A stretch of DNA of 64,000 nucleotides from the human T2T-CHM13v2.0 reference genome, Homo sapiens. Positions 27,728-41,005 of this stretch are shown in pieces (positions within the stretch are counted from its first letter, which is position 1; every line of letters starts with the position of its first letter). Location: NCBI RefSeq assembly GCF_009914755.1, contig NC_060931.1; one strand, 5' to 3'. Below the pieces are notes generated by a model, which did not search any database, was not told the origin of the DNA, and saw only the letters and a program-made list of their open reading frames with translations. The translations under genes and the position numbers were made by a program.

Positions 27728-27960
27728 GTAGTACCATATAGTAGTTAAGAATATAGACACTGGAGCCGATCTTCTTGAGTTCCAATAGTGGCTCTTCTAC
27801 TTTTTAAATCTCATTTTCCTTCATCTTTAAATTGAAGATAGTAACAATCTCATGGGGTTGTGATAACTAAGGGGGTAATGCATGTAAAGTGCTTAGAAAA
27901 TGCCTGGACATAGGAAGCTCTAAGTTTGCTGCTACTACTGTTATTATGGTTACTATTATT
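27728..27960 (+). mobile_element. MIR
   Basis: tagtagttaagaatatagacactggagcc...catgtaaagtgcttagaaaatgcctggacatag. Confidence 0.8.
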
Positions 27961-28160
27961 AATCATTGCAAGGAAAATGTATCAACAGATGAATTTGGTT
28001 CAATACTGCCTTCTAGTTTTGTGACCTTAGAATTTATAGGAACAAAAAAGATTTGAAAGGGAGGTTGGGCTGGATCATAGAGAGCCTTGATTCCATGTTT
28101 TAGGATGTATACACAGTGAGAAGTCCTTCAGGTTTTGGTCTTGGTAAGAGTTGTGAATCA

Positions 28161-28334
<174 letters not shown>

Positions 28335-29014
28335 TTAGCAGAATTAGAGCAGTTAGGAGGCCATCTTAATAGTCCAAGGCACAATAAGGCAAGGAAATGA
28401 ATGAGAGCAGTGGCAGCAGACATGAAGATGAGCAGTTGGATGCGAAAGGTTTGTTCTATAGATAGATTCCTCTTGGCTTAAGAAGGGGAAATAGGAAATT
28501 AATTAGTAATCAGAAATATTTGCATATTAGTCTTCTCCATCTTCATCCTTGATGAGAGGAGAGCTTGTTATGTATGTACCATTGCTGGGTACAGGAGGCA
28601 GAAGAGCTAGCGCCAGAACAAGGAGCTCAGCTTTTTCTGGTCTCTGCTTTTACGTGGCTCGTTATAAACCAGGACCCAATTAGTTCTTTAGGCATGCCTG
28701 CCTGTTCTCTTTCCATGTAATTACTTTGTGGAGCTTGGGTTCATGCACATAGTTACCTCGATTAAAAAATAAGTTTTTGGAGCTATAAATTTTCAAACAC
28801 TGCTTTGAGAGGGTCTGTCAGGCATTAACATTCAAGGTTTCTGTGGTGGGCTGACGATAGCCTCTAGCCTCTGGATGTTTTTCACATTCCAGGAAATGAC
28901 ACCTGAAGTTTTCAGTTCCTTTTCGCATCTTCAGCAATCCATAGACAGTGGGGTGAAAAGATGTAACCTAATTGAAGACGGATGGAGTGGAGTAGAAGTT
29001 GAAAATAGGGAAGA

Positions 29015-29321
29015 GGCTGGGTGTGGTAACTCACTCCTGTAATCCCAACACTTTGGGAGGCCGAAGTGGGAGAATCACTTGAGGCCAGAAGTTTGAGACC
29101 AGCCTGAGCAATACAGTGAGACTTCGTTCTCTACCAAACAAACAAACAAAAGCTAGTTGTGCATGGTGGTACCCACCTGTAGTCCCAGCTACTTGGAAGG
29201 CTGAGGTGGGAGGCTCATTTGAGCTCAGGAGTTCGAGGCTGCAGTGAGCCATGATTGTGCCACTTCACTCCAGCCTAGGCGACAGAGTGAGACTCTGTTT
29301 CCAAAAAAAAAAAAAAGAAAA
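29015..29321 (+). mobile_element. AluJ
   Basis: Full sense Alu; 14-bp TSD gaaaatagggaaga. Confidence 0.96.
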
Positions 29322-31384
29322 GAAAATAGGGAAGAGACTGCATGAGTCCTGCCATGCAGTCTTTCCCAGAATTGGACATTTTTGTGGTGTGGTCTGGAAG
29401 AAGGAAAACATTTATGGTCATACCTCTCCAAATTGAACAATTGTGGGAATATGTACAGACAGATTTGCAGGGTAGCTGAAAAGAAATGCAGTTCTGTTAT
29501 TTTTTTGTTATAGAGTGGTAACTTGAGTGAGGATTATGAAACATTGCCTAGCAGAACTGTTTTTTTAATTGACCTTCATGTATAATTAAGAATATCAATT
29601 ATTAATGTTAAATATATTGGAATTTTAAAAATTGTGATTATTTCTTTGTAATCTGATTTGTGCTATTTGCCCTGATTATCAGAGTGTTGTTTGAGATTAA
29701 AGTGGTCTAGCTTGGGTTCAGTTTGCACCAGGAGTTTTGAATTAACTAGGCTCCATCTGAATGTGGAAGATTTTCGTCGTGAGGATGCAATGGAATCGTA
29801 AGTGTAAAGGGCCTAGTATAGTGGGTAGTAATTTATTTTACTCCTTTTTTTCCACTTTAAATGAAGAGTGGCTAAACTTCAACTTTTGGGACATTGGTCT
29901 CTACCTGCACCTCCAGAATGTAACCTCTTGGGGAAGATATTTGGAGACCTGGGGACTTTTGCAGGTGGGTAGTATTACGCAGAGCCCAGATACCCCTGCC
30001 TTCTTGTCTGGAAATCAGTGATTCTCAAACTGCTTTGTGCTTGAGTATTACCTGGGGGGACATGTTCCGTTTTCAGCTCCCCAAGCCATAGAGTTAAGAT
30101 TCAATAGACTTGAGGAGCTGCTCTCAGTCCAGGATTATGTGCAGATCCCGAATCTGATCTTGGGCTGCTGTGCTTTTCCAGTGCCCACTCAGTATTTCTG
30201 GGGCTGCAAGGAAGGCAGTGGTTCCCCTTCACAGGTACGTGAAGCTCTTAACTCCATTTTTGTCCTTTTAAATTCACATTAAAGAGAGTTTTAGATATGC
30301 AGGAAAATGAGAAGGGAAATTGACCTTGCCTGTCTCTGGGTCTTGTGAATAGAAAGGAAGAGCCTGCGCTTGGAGGCCACTGGGAATTTGTGGTGTTCCA
30401 GAAGACCTCTGCTCTCATGTGGGCTCTTGGCAGCCTCACTGAGAGCCACAATGGGCTTCCTTATTTAAGATGCTCTTAAATTTTCTTTTCTAACACTATA
30501 AGGTTATGTCTTCACCAGTTTCTCAGATTTTAAAAAAAGAAACAGGGAGGTAAAACAAATCCCAAAACATTTTTTTTCCTTCTTGTAAAGGTTACAAACA
30601 TAAATCATATTTGAGAACAATGAATGGACCTTATTTTTTATCTTCAGAATGCTGGGCCTCTGGCATCTTAGAAAGTCTCTTTACTTTCGAAAGGAAGGAG
30701 ACTTGTATAGTGAGAGCATCACACTCTGGGGATCAGGTAACTTGGCTATGCTACTGGGCACCTGGGACTTCTTGGTCAGAACAAGTCTCCACTGTGAGCT
30801 TTTTTTTTTAATCCATGAAATGTGGGGGTCCTGAAGCTATCAAAGCGTTAATGTTTTATGATTCTAGTGATGGGCTTCTGTCTGCGTGACAGGCATTTTC
30901 CAGACTTTGTTGATCTATTTCGAGCTTGTGAGGAATAGCATGTACCACCCTTCATTACCTCACTCATGGTTCCTCTTCATCAGTGCTTTATAAACTGTAG
31001 TGTGTTTGTGCTGGGAGGAACGTAAGAGAACATGTGGATCACCCCTTTACTCATTTTACACATGAGAAAGATGATACCCCAAGTGATTTTCTCTAAGGTT
31101 GGGACATGACTGGGGCTCTCCTTGCGATTTGCCTTTCCCTTCAGTGCGTTCGGTAAACGTTGCATTACCCCCTCTTCAGGGTATTATTCTTTCAGTTCCA
31201 TATGCCTTTCCTTTCCCCTGGGATGCTGGAGTATTCAGTTTTATTTCTAGGCAAAAGTACTCCTAACTGTGGCCCCTAATTTTTTTTTGTTATGTATCTT
31301 TTCTAGAAAGAGAATTTGATTATGCATTGTCCATATGTTTACATACTGTACTCATAAATGAAGTTATAAAATATATGTAAGTTA

Positions 31385-31486
31385 AAAATGTGGAGAAAAG
31401 GGAAGTCTTGTGCACCATTAGTGGGGATATAAATTATTATTGGTATTACGGAAATTAGTACGGAAGTTGCCCGAACAATTAAAAAT
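31385..31486 (+). mobile_element. Old L1 (L1M) ORF2 3' fragment
   Basis: atgtggagaaaagggaagtcttgtgcaccattagtgggg...aattaaaaatag. Confidence 0.6.
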
Positions 31487-31779
31487 AGCTGGGTGTGGTG
31501 ACTCACTCCTGTAATCCTTGCACTTTGGAAGGCCAAGGTGGGAGGACTGCTTGTGGCCAGAAGTTTGAGATCAGCCTGGACAACATAGTGGGATCCTATC
31601 TCTACAAAAAATTAAAATTTTAGCTGGGTGTGATGGTGCACGCCTGTAGTCCCAGCTACTTGGGAGGCTGAGGTGGTTGGACTGCTTGAGCTCAGGAGTT
31701 CGAGGCTGCAGTGAGCTTTAATGGCACCACTGCATTCCAGCCTGGGCAACAGAGCGAAACCTAGTCTAAAAAAAAAAAA
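31487..31779 (+). mobile_element. AluJ
   Basis: Full sense Alu with A tail. Confidence 0.93.
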
Positions 31780-32074
31780 GTGTGTATATAAGTACACACA
31801 TACACACCCCTCAATAAGGCTAGAGAGAAAAAAATTATATGTAAGTATGGTATTTTTTTTTTCCTCAATCACAGTGGATCAGTTTATGCCTTCCCTGGAT
31901 CCAGGGTGAACTTGTTTTGAGGACCACTGATCCAGAAAGTGGTGGAGTTAAGTCTGTACCACCAGCTTTAGAATCTCCTGTGGCACTTATTAAAAATACG
32001 AATTTTGGTATCTCAACCCAGATTCACTGAATGAGAATGCCTCCTGGTGGAACCTGGGAGTCTACGTTGTCTTC

Positions 32075-32195
32075 ATTTTTATGTTTTTACCAATAGACAT
32101 GGGGTCTGTTGCCCAGGCTGGTTTTGAACTCCTCAGCTCAGAGTCCTCCCACCTCTACCTTCTGAGTATCTGGGACCACAGTCACAATGCCCAGC
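32075..32195 (-). mobile_element. Ancient Alu monomer (FLAM_A/FAM-like) nested in a MER5-like element (about 31935-32265)
   Basis: ggggtctgttgcccaggctggttttgaactcctcagctc...gggaccacag. Confidence 0.7.
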
Positions 32196-34199
32196 AAAGT
32201 CTCCATTTTAAACCAGAGGCAAGTCTCCAGGTGCCTCTGAGGTCCAGCGAGTTTGGGGAACCGGTATTTTAGACAGGCAGGGAAGTGTCATTCATGGGTT
32301 CATGAGCATGGGACTTCTTACACTGACATCTCAGAAATTGCTCAGCTGTTACTGTTAAATCTACAGTGATACAGTTAGCACTCTGGAAAATCAGATGGGC
32401 AGTTTTCATTTGAGTTACATATGAGGGACTATAACCTGCATAATCATACATGGAATTTCTTAAAACTCCTTGGCATTCTCTATGTGGTTTTTTGATTTGT
32501 AAATCCAAATATTTGCTATTGTGCCTCAGTCTTTTTTTCCTCATTAGAAATCTAAGCTCTCCCCGCCCCCTCCTGGTGCTGTTCCTTGAGGGGCTGTGTT
32601 TTTATTTCTGAGCTTTTCCCATTTGTGTGTGTTCCTTTTGTCTGGAGTATGCCCAACCCCCTCACCTTTTTACCTGGGCAGTTCCTACTATCTAAAAAAT
32701 TCCCTATAAATGACATTATTTTTCATTCTTAAAATCTAAAGATAATGAAGAACTAGCTGATAATCAGCATTTACCAAAATAGATTTAAGGGTTATTATTT
32801 GTAATAACTCATGTGTCAGTAACCTTATGTATGTAAGGATAGATCAGTATCTTGGTTATTAAGCATATACTCTCTGAAACATTCGAATCAAACCAGTGTA
32901 AGTCAGATAAATATGTAACAGGAAATTTGTTTCTGACTATTCACTCCAGGTCAATGTATTCCCAGCTGCCTTGTGGGTATCAGGGTTATCTGTTCCAGGA
33001 TCAGCTTTAGGAAAGCCCCTACTCAAATCTCCATGTAGCAAGAGTGCAGGCTAGTTGAGAACATGTGATAATTAAGGTTAAACAAAAAAATCAAGGCAGA
33101 ATGACTAGAAATTAGGACAGCAGGGAAAGCAGGGGAAGCGGTTGAGCTGGTAGAAATGGGTAATACCTATGATTATTTCTGGGATCAACAGATACATCCC
33201 TGTTGTAGAAGTCCAAAGCAGTCCTTCTTTTTGGTGTCTTTTCCTGCCTTTGGTATGATAAGCCCCCCTAACATCTGGCACACTATTGGGGTGACATTGT
33301 GAAGTTACCTCTGCCCACAGTACTTACTCCAGTTTGATATTTTTAAGAAATGCTCACTTTCCACTAGCCATAGTTTATTGGCTTTCAGAAAGTGTCTGGC
33401 AGTGAGTATGCCAAAGGTCAAGAATTCTGGCAGAGTTTGATTTATCTCTGCTCCCTTGATAGCAGCTAGCCTTGGAGGCATAGAAGCTCTTGACAAGTAC
33501 TATGAGTCAGAAGGCCACATGTGACTAGGTCCCTGCCCACCTCTCCAGGGTCAAATAGATCTTGCCTTTTTCCCCAGCCCCTCCCTGCACTGTTCCTGAA
33601 GAGGGCTGTGTTTTTCTTTCCAAGCCCTCCCATTTATTTACATTCCTTCTATCTGGAGTACTTCTTACCCCCTCACCTTTTTACCTGGCTAATTCTTATA
33701 TATCTTTTAGATAATTCTACATAAATAACACTTCTTTCACCTTTCCTAAACTAGAATAGGTATTCCTGCTGTATGCTTCTATGGTCCCCTCATTTCCCCT
33801 AGAATAACTTACTACAGTTTTTCGTTCATACTTACTGTTATCCCCCTGGACTGTCTGTTCTGCTAGGATAAGGATTCTTGCTCACCATTTCCTCATTGCT
33901 AGGCATAAGGTATGGGACATAGCAGGTTATCAATAAACATTTTTTGACTGAATAAAAGCATAATAAAACAATATGTTAATTAATGGGGTGACTGGCAGGG
34001 ATCTAGTTGCCAATTTCAGCATTGGTAATTAACATGGCTAGATTTAGCTGCTAGGTTCTATGAGAAAGAATGATTAAAAATAAACAGAAAGGAGATGGAA
34101 GTTGATACGATTAAAAACATTTTATGTGCCTGCTGATGGACCTAAAACTGGGCAAACCTTTCTGCAAATAAAGCTCTACCTTGATGGTCTTATTGATAT

Positions 34200-34355
34200 A
34201 CCATATATACATATATATGTATGTATATAAATAAGATATACCTATATATAAAATATTTATACCTATATATGGTATATAAATGAATATAAATATAAGATAT
34301 ATAGGTATATATATGTGGTGTATATATACATAAATATGTTTGTGTATGTATAATA
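34200..34355. repeat. Degenerate (TA)n low-complexity tract
   Basis: Runs of tatata/catata. Confidence 0.9.
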
Positions 34356-34439
34356 AAAGACATTACTCTCCATTGAAGTGTTTACTACATTATGTACTAT
34401 CTTAAAACAAAACTTCCCACAGGTGTCAGTACAAACATG

Positions 34440-34805
34440 CATTTGTTCATTTATTCATTCATTCAACAGTTTTGTTGATTGTTTGATATATGTCAGGCAC
34501 TTTTCTAGGTGCTCAAGACACAACAGTGAACAAAACAGACAACAATCTCTCTGACTCAATGGAACATGCATTTTAGTGGAAGGGAATGTCAATAAAGAAA
34601 CGTCTAATATCTAGAGTATTAGAAACTGGTAAGTGCTAGGAAGGAGGAAAGGGGGCCAGGAAATGATGTGATGTGTGCTGTTGTGGTGGTGGGGCATGCA
34701 ATTTTAGATTCAGTGGCCAGGAAAGGAGTCACTGAGAAGGCAACTCTTGAGTAATTACCTAAAAGGGGGTGAGGAAGTAAGCCAGGTGGGTATTTGGGAG
34801 AAGTG
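34440..34805 (-). mobile_element. L2 3'-end fragment
   Basis: (ttca)n tail, tatgtcaggcacttttctaggtgct...cagtgaacaaaacagac...ggccaggaaaggagtcactgagaagg. Confidence 0.8.
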
Positions 34806-36519
34806 AGGTAGGACAGTGTGCATAGCTCTTTGGAATGTGCTCCTCATCCCTCATGTTTATTACGTTGGCCAGACCAGCAGGTTGGGCTTTCAGTGGCCTG
34901 TTTGATCAGAATCTGCAAATGTTTCCTGTCTTTGGATAGTTTCCCTGACTAAATCTTAGCCTGAAGACGTATGTTAAGGGGAGAGCGTATGTTTCTTCTT
35001 GCCAACTTAGTTTTATGGAAAAGGCCCTAAGGAAAAAGCCTGTCTTTTCCTTTTCATGGGTCAGAATTTGTGTTTTGTTATTTTCTAAGCTCTAGTTTGT
35101 GGTGGAACCACCTCTCTCAGATCTTGTTTTTCCTTCAGGGCACAGTGTATTTCTCACTTAAGTAGTTTATGCAGTCTTATCACAGTGTCCCCTGCATGGG
35201 GACCTGATAACTTACTCTGATTGATAACGGAAGGGCTTTTCTGTCTACTTCTGTCTCCTTGATGGCTTCCTTATCTGTTGTCCTGTAACACTAACTGTGA
35301 ACTCATTTCATTAGGTAATGAAATGTTATCTTCTGTAATTGCTTATTTGTGCAGCAGTCTTGTCTCTGCAACTGGAGAGGAACTTTAGGTTCTTTCTGAA
35401 CCTTAGAGTACTGGCTCATAGTGCCTGTGCTATAACCATCATTGATTGCTGTTGGTCAAAGCACCTGACTTTTTGGGGTAAGTAAACCAACATCTTGCTT
35501 TTCAGTGTTTTGTTTTTCTGGATTACCCATCTATGCTTTGGGTTTAATGCTCCTTAGGACTTGGCCTTAGTATGCTGCTGGAGAGCCCAAGGGAACAGTA
35601 TATTAGTAAGGGATGAATTCTTTGTGAATTCTTAAATCTTCCATTGCGAAGATCTTTGTACAGAATACTGGTTCTGTTTATATTGACAGTTCTTCAGAGA
35701 ATTGTGTGTTGACTGTTCATGGCAGAAACACCATAAGTTAATTGCTGTTTCAAATTTCATTGACACTTTCCCCCTCATTTGGAGGTCATTTCCTCAAAAA
35801 TGTCGTTGTCCACATGACAGTTTGTGTATGCTTAATAAAAGAGAATGACAAACCCAAGTTCAGCTGTTGTTACTGGACTGGGTGGTTTTTAGCTCCTCCC
35901 ACAATGGGCAATAATCAGTTTGGGGTCTCAGCAGAATTATAAATACCTGCATTTCATAGTCTTCCTGAAGGAATTGCTTTACTTGGAATACTGTAGTTCA
36001 GACTGCTGATGTACCGTGCACTCCTTTCTCTTTGATGATCAGCTCTGAAGTGCACCAATTGGAGAGAACTCTTGAATAAATGCTGTCACTTGTCACATGT
36101 GGTCACTTTCTGGGGACTGTGCATGTGCCAGTGGGGGCCATCTAGAAGCCACCGATGCCCACTAATATAACAAAACTCACTGGGTTTGCTTCTCTATAAT
36201 GATGTTGGATTGCTTTGCTGGAAATCCTTACCATCTTGGTTTCTCTCCTCTGTTTCCTGTAAACACCAAATAAAAGTCCTTGCATACAAATGTTACCATC
36301 TTTGGAAAAAAAAAAAAGTCCTTGTAGTTGTTAACAGTTACAGAAAATATAACCTGAAGACTTGGAGTCAAAAAACAAATCCCTGCCTTCCCATACAGTC
36401 AGTACCAGCTATAAGCTAATTAAACTCAACTGTTCCCACCTGTTCCCGGGGAGGCCTCTAACAGTGGCACATGCTTTTCTCTTTGGGACTTAACATTTTT
36501 CAGAACTCTTTAAATTTCA

Positions 36520-36819
<300 letters not shown>

Positions 36820-36865
36820 TTTTTTTTCATTTTCCATTGACACCATACTAAACAACGTGTATTTC

Positions 36866-36964
36866 CAGAATCAACCTTTATTTCCCTAAGAAAATGTAGA
36901 TTGTGATGTCCCTGGTGAGCAATAAGTTAATATTGGCTGATAGTATTTGAGCAGCAGTGACAGA
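36866..36964 (+). repeat. 99-bp dispersed direct repeat, copy 1
   Basis: 89/99 identical and ungapped versus 38512-38610 by manual alignment. Confidence 0.93.
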
Positions 36965-37553
36965 TAGGAGGAAGACAGGAGGGAAGAGATGGGAGTGTTG
37001 CTGGGGGAGTGGGTGTGAAACCATAACACACATATATGGTCACGTACACATCTGTAGTTTACTCAAATGGCATTTTCACAAAGCACAGTAGTGTTGCAGG
37101 TATCCCCCAGTGGGCACACAGAGCTTTCAGTCCTCACTGTGTGAAACTTCTCATACCTTTGATGTTGAATTTAAGTTCATTAGTGGCTCCTATAGCATGT
37201 CAGAGGTTTACCTCACTTGGTTCCTGACTCAACTCTGAAATGCTGAGTTTAGGGTGGATTTGAAGTGTCACCTTCGTCTCTACTTTCTAAGAGTCAGTAA
37301 AGAGCTGCCATGATAGTTAATCCTATAGTGCCTCCAATGAAGACTTAAATATACTTACTAGCCCAGACTTTGCTTTATCATTCTCCTGATCTATTAGTTT
37401 TATTCCTGTTGACAGCCAAAATGTAGGATCATGAACCCCACAGTTACATGGATGGTGACAGACCTGAGTTGTTGTCGAGAATCGTGCTGAGTTTTGTTAT
37501 CACATTTCTTGTCTCGATTTGTAGCATCTCTGGATTTTACTTCTTTACCAGAA

Positions 37554-37733
37554 TAGTGGTTATCAAAGTGTGGTCTTCGAAGCAGCAATATCATCATCAT
37601 CTGGGAACTTGTTTGCAATGCAGATTTCCAAGGCTCTACCATGACTTCCTGAATCAGAAACCTTTGAGGAGGAAGCCAGCAATCTGTGTCTTAACAAGCC
37701 CTCCTGTGATTATACCCAACTTTAAGAATCACT
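37554..37733. mobile_element. MER5A
   Basis: tagtggttatcaaagtgtggtc...ctgggaacttgtt...gaatcagaaac...tttaagaatcacta. Confidence 0.8.
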
Positions 37734-38511
37734 ACACAGACAGACGTTGCTTTCCTTTTAGTCTCTTGAGCTTGTAACAGTTGATATTTTAACTTTTATA
37801 TGAGAGAGGACAGTTATATCTTCCTTTAAACTCTTATTTGGTGCAGTTGATTGTCAGATGCAGAGTGCTGATGTGAGGATGGACTGTGAATATGATCCAC
37901 TGTGGCAGTGTTTATAGTCTCAGCCCAATGCCTTGTTGACTTAAGTAGCAGCCTTGATAACAGGAGATAAATCTGCAAAGATACTGTGAGGTTACATGGC
38001 AAGGCTTTTAAAATACACCAACATTACATTTGTGGCAAGTGCTTTGCTCAATGTTGGCATTTTTGAAGTCACCCTTTACCTCTGCCCCCTGCCCAGAAAT
38101 TTCCTTGTGAGAAATGTTTTTACGTTAGACAAACTGCCATGGGGGAGGATAGTCAGAAAGAGGAGACAAATAATACGCAGAGGCAGACTTTTTTTTACAT
38201 TTGTTGCTCAGAAGAAAAAAATTCCAATGAAGAATGAAAGAGGCTTCATATCCTGAATAAAGTAAATGATCTGGGTAGGATGGTACAGGAATAGAATGTG
38301 ACTATAAAAAAGAACCAAATTGTGCAGACAAGAAAATATGAAGGAAAAAAGAATAGGAAAAAGACAGGGAAAATGCAAATTCTTATGGAATATTTTTGCA
38401 AATCTGTGTACAGAAGGAACCAAGCAACGCAGATCAGTTCTTCTGAGGCTGGGAGTTCTAAAAATTATGCAGTATCAAGGAAGGCTTTCTTCCTGAGTCA
38501 AGTGTAGGAAG

Positions 38512-38610
38512 CAGAACCAACCTTTATTTCTCTATGAAGATGTATATTGTGATGTCCCCAGTGAGCAATAAGTTAATATTGGATGATAGTATTTAGGCAG
38601 CAGTGACAGA
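38512..38610 (+). repeat. 99-bp dispersed direct repeat, copy 2
   Basis: Aligns to 36866-36964. Confidence 0.93.
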
Positions 38611-38664
38611 AAGTTTTCTTTCTCCTGACTGAATCTCACACCAAGGTCCCTTTTTATTTTTAAT

Positions 38665-38972
38665 TGTTTAGTTTAATTTTTGTTTTTTGTTTTTTGAGAC
38701 AGGGTCTTACTCTGTTGCCCAGGCTGGAGTGCAGTGGCGCGTTCATAGCTCAACTACATCCTCAAACTCCTAGGCTCACACGATTCCCCCACCTCAGCCT
38801 CCTGAGTAGCTGGGACTATAGGCACGTGACACCACACCTGGCTAATTTTGTAACTTTTGATAGAGACACACACGGTCTTGGTCTTGCTATGTTGCCCAGG
38901 CTGGTCTCAAGCGGTCTTCCTACCTCCACCTCCCAAAGTGGGATTACAGATGGGAGCCACCATGCCCAGCCA
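38665..38972 (-). mobile_element. AluJ followed by a separate T-run of about 32 nt
   Basis: Antisense Alu gagacagggtcttactctg...gagccaccatgcccagcc. Confidence 0.92.
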
Positions 38973-38975
38973 AGG

Positions 38976-39011
<36 letters not shown>

Positions 39012-39236
39012 CAGCGTCACAACCACAGAAGAAAGACAAGAGGAAGATATGAAGACAAAACTCAATTTTTTTTACTTAGTGTGTCTAGGTAAAGGTTTAG
39101 TAGGAGATAATGTAGAAATGAAATATGATAATAGCTTATTTGTGTTGAGTGCTTTGATGTATGAGGCATTATTCTAAGGGCGTTATACTTGTTGAACTGT
39201 CTACTTCTTACAGAGTCTGATGAGCTACACTCTGTT

Positions 39237-39420
39237 TGTGTATTTGTTTTTGGTGGCTTTTTTGAGACAGAGGCTCACTCCACTGTCCAGGCTGGAGTGC
39301 AGCGGTGCCATCACGGCTTACTGTAGCCTCGATTTCCCAGGTTTAGGTAATTTACCCACATCTCAGCCTCCCAAGTAGCTGGGACTGCAGGTGTGCACTA
39401 CCACGCCTGGCTAATTTTTT
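39237..39420 (-). mobile_element. 5'-truncated AluJ (right arm) inserted in a MIR (about 39130-39575)
   Basis: 19-bp TSD tgatgagcta(c/g)actctgtt at 39218-39236 and 39421-39439. Confidence 0.92.
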
Positions 39421-39642
39421 TGATGAGCTAGACTCTGTTACCCTCATTTGCTAGTTCATGAAATTGAGGCAGAGAGAGAAAGTAAGCAATCTGGCCAAGG
39501 CCACACAGCTAGCAAATGGGATTTAATCCCTAGCATTTTCATTCCAGAGCCTTGCCTTTAGCCATCACACTCTACTGTTTCTCTTCCATAGTCGTCTTCT
39601 TTCTTGTGATTCCAAGTTAAAGAATTGTCATGGATGAGCTTT

Positions 39643-39831
39643 TTCCAGGAGTAAAGGTACTTGTTGGACTCTTCATCAGATTTGGTCGCGGGAAAAGAGG
39701 TTGTTGCTCTTCCTTAGAGACCTGTTCTTTCTGCATTTAAAATCTGAGTGTAAATTTTTTTTTAGCTGGAAATTTTAAACGTGTAGCAAGTGTGGCCAGC
39801 TTGCTCTTGTAATGTTTAGTTTCCTGGACCT
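39643..39831 (+). repeat. 189-bp local duplication, inferred source copy
   Basis: 11 substitutions plus one 2-bp indel versus 40243-40433. Confidence 0.95.
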
Positions 39832-40242
39832 CATGTTGCCTCCCTAAAACTTAAATGGGGTTGTGGTTGCACAACAGTATCATGGAAATGAAATGAATCT
39901 TAAGCCTAATGAGTTTGAATAAGATGAGCACAATCTAATTTTGTTTCCAGTCGTTTTTCCTCCTTTAAACAAAGAATATCATGCCAAATTGGAAACATTG
40001 GATTGTGTCACTGTGGGTATTTATTTTTTACTACATGTCACCAAGATCCAGATTTGTTGAGTGTATTAGTTACATATGGGGTAAAATTCTGATTTTTTAG
40101 GTGTATTAGTTATGTATGGGGTACAAAATTACCACAAAACTTACCATCTTAAAACAGCAAACTTTTACTATCTTAGTTTATGTGGGTCAGGAATTTCTGA
40201 GTGACTTATCTGGGTAGTTCTTGCTTGACTTCTCTTTTGAGA

Positions 40243-40433
40243 TTCCAGGAGTAAAGGTACTTGTCAGACTCTTCATCAGATTTGGTCCCGGGAAAAGAGG
40301 TCATTGCTCTTCCTTAGAGACCTGTTCTTGTTGCATTTAAATTCTTAGTGTAAATTTTTTTTTAGCTGGAAATTTTCAACCTGTGTAGCAAGTGTGGCCA
40401 GCTTGCTCTTTTAATGTTTAGTTTCCTGGACCT
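40243..40433 (+). repeat. 191-bp local duplication, inferred derived copy inside MLT1
   Basis: Interrupts MLT1 between ...ttgagatt and gcagccgaaatg... Confidence 0.93.
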
Positions 40434-40718
40434 GCAGCCGAAATGTTATCTGGGGCCACTGTCATCTGAATGTTTGACTGGAGCTGGAGAGTCTGCTTCT
40501 AAGATGGCTCATTCATATGGCTTTTGGCAGGAGGCCTTGGTTTCTCACCACATGGACTTCTTAACATGACAGCTGGTTTTACCAGCGTGACTGATTCAAG
40601 AGAGAGAAAAATGACCTAATCTTGCAAGTCAGACACTGTCACTTCTGCCACATTCTGTTAGTCAGAAGCAGGTCATTAATGGCAGCCTGCACTCAAGGGG
40701 AGGAGAATTAGGCCCAAG

Positions 40719-41005
40719 CTTTTTTTTTTTTTTTTTTTTTGAAATGGAGCCTTGCTCTGTTGCCCAGGCTGGAGTGCAGTGGCACGATCTCCCAGGTTCA
40801 AGCAGTTCTCCTACCTCAGCCTCCGGATCCTGAGTAGCTGGGACTACAGGCTTGCACTACCATGCCTGGCTAATTTTTGTATTTTTAGTAGAGACGGGGT
40901 TTTACCATGTTGTTCAGACTCATCTTGAACTCCTGACCTCAGGTAATCTGCCCGCCTCTGCCTCCCAAAGTGGGGATTACAGGTGTGAGCCACCGCACTC
41001 CGGCC
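40719..41005 (-). mobile_element. AluS with an internal deletion
   Basis: Poly-T then antisense Alu ending gagccaccgcactccggcc. Confidence 0.93.

Noticed and set aside
36900-36945. gtgatgt...ctga as a box C/D snoRNA
   Set aside because: Box C is imperfect, CTGA is absent in the second copy, and the span is too short
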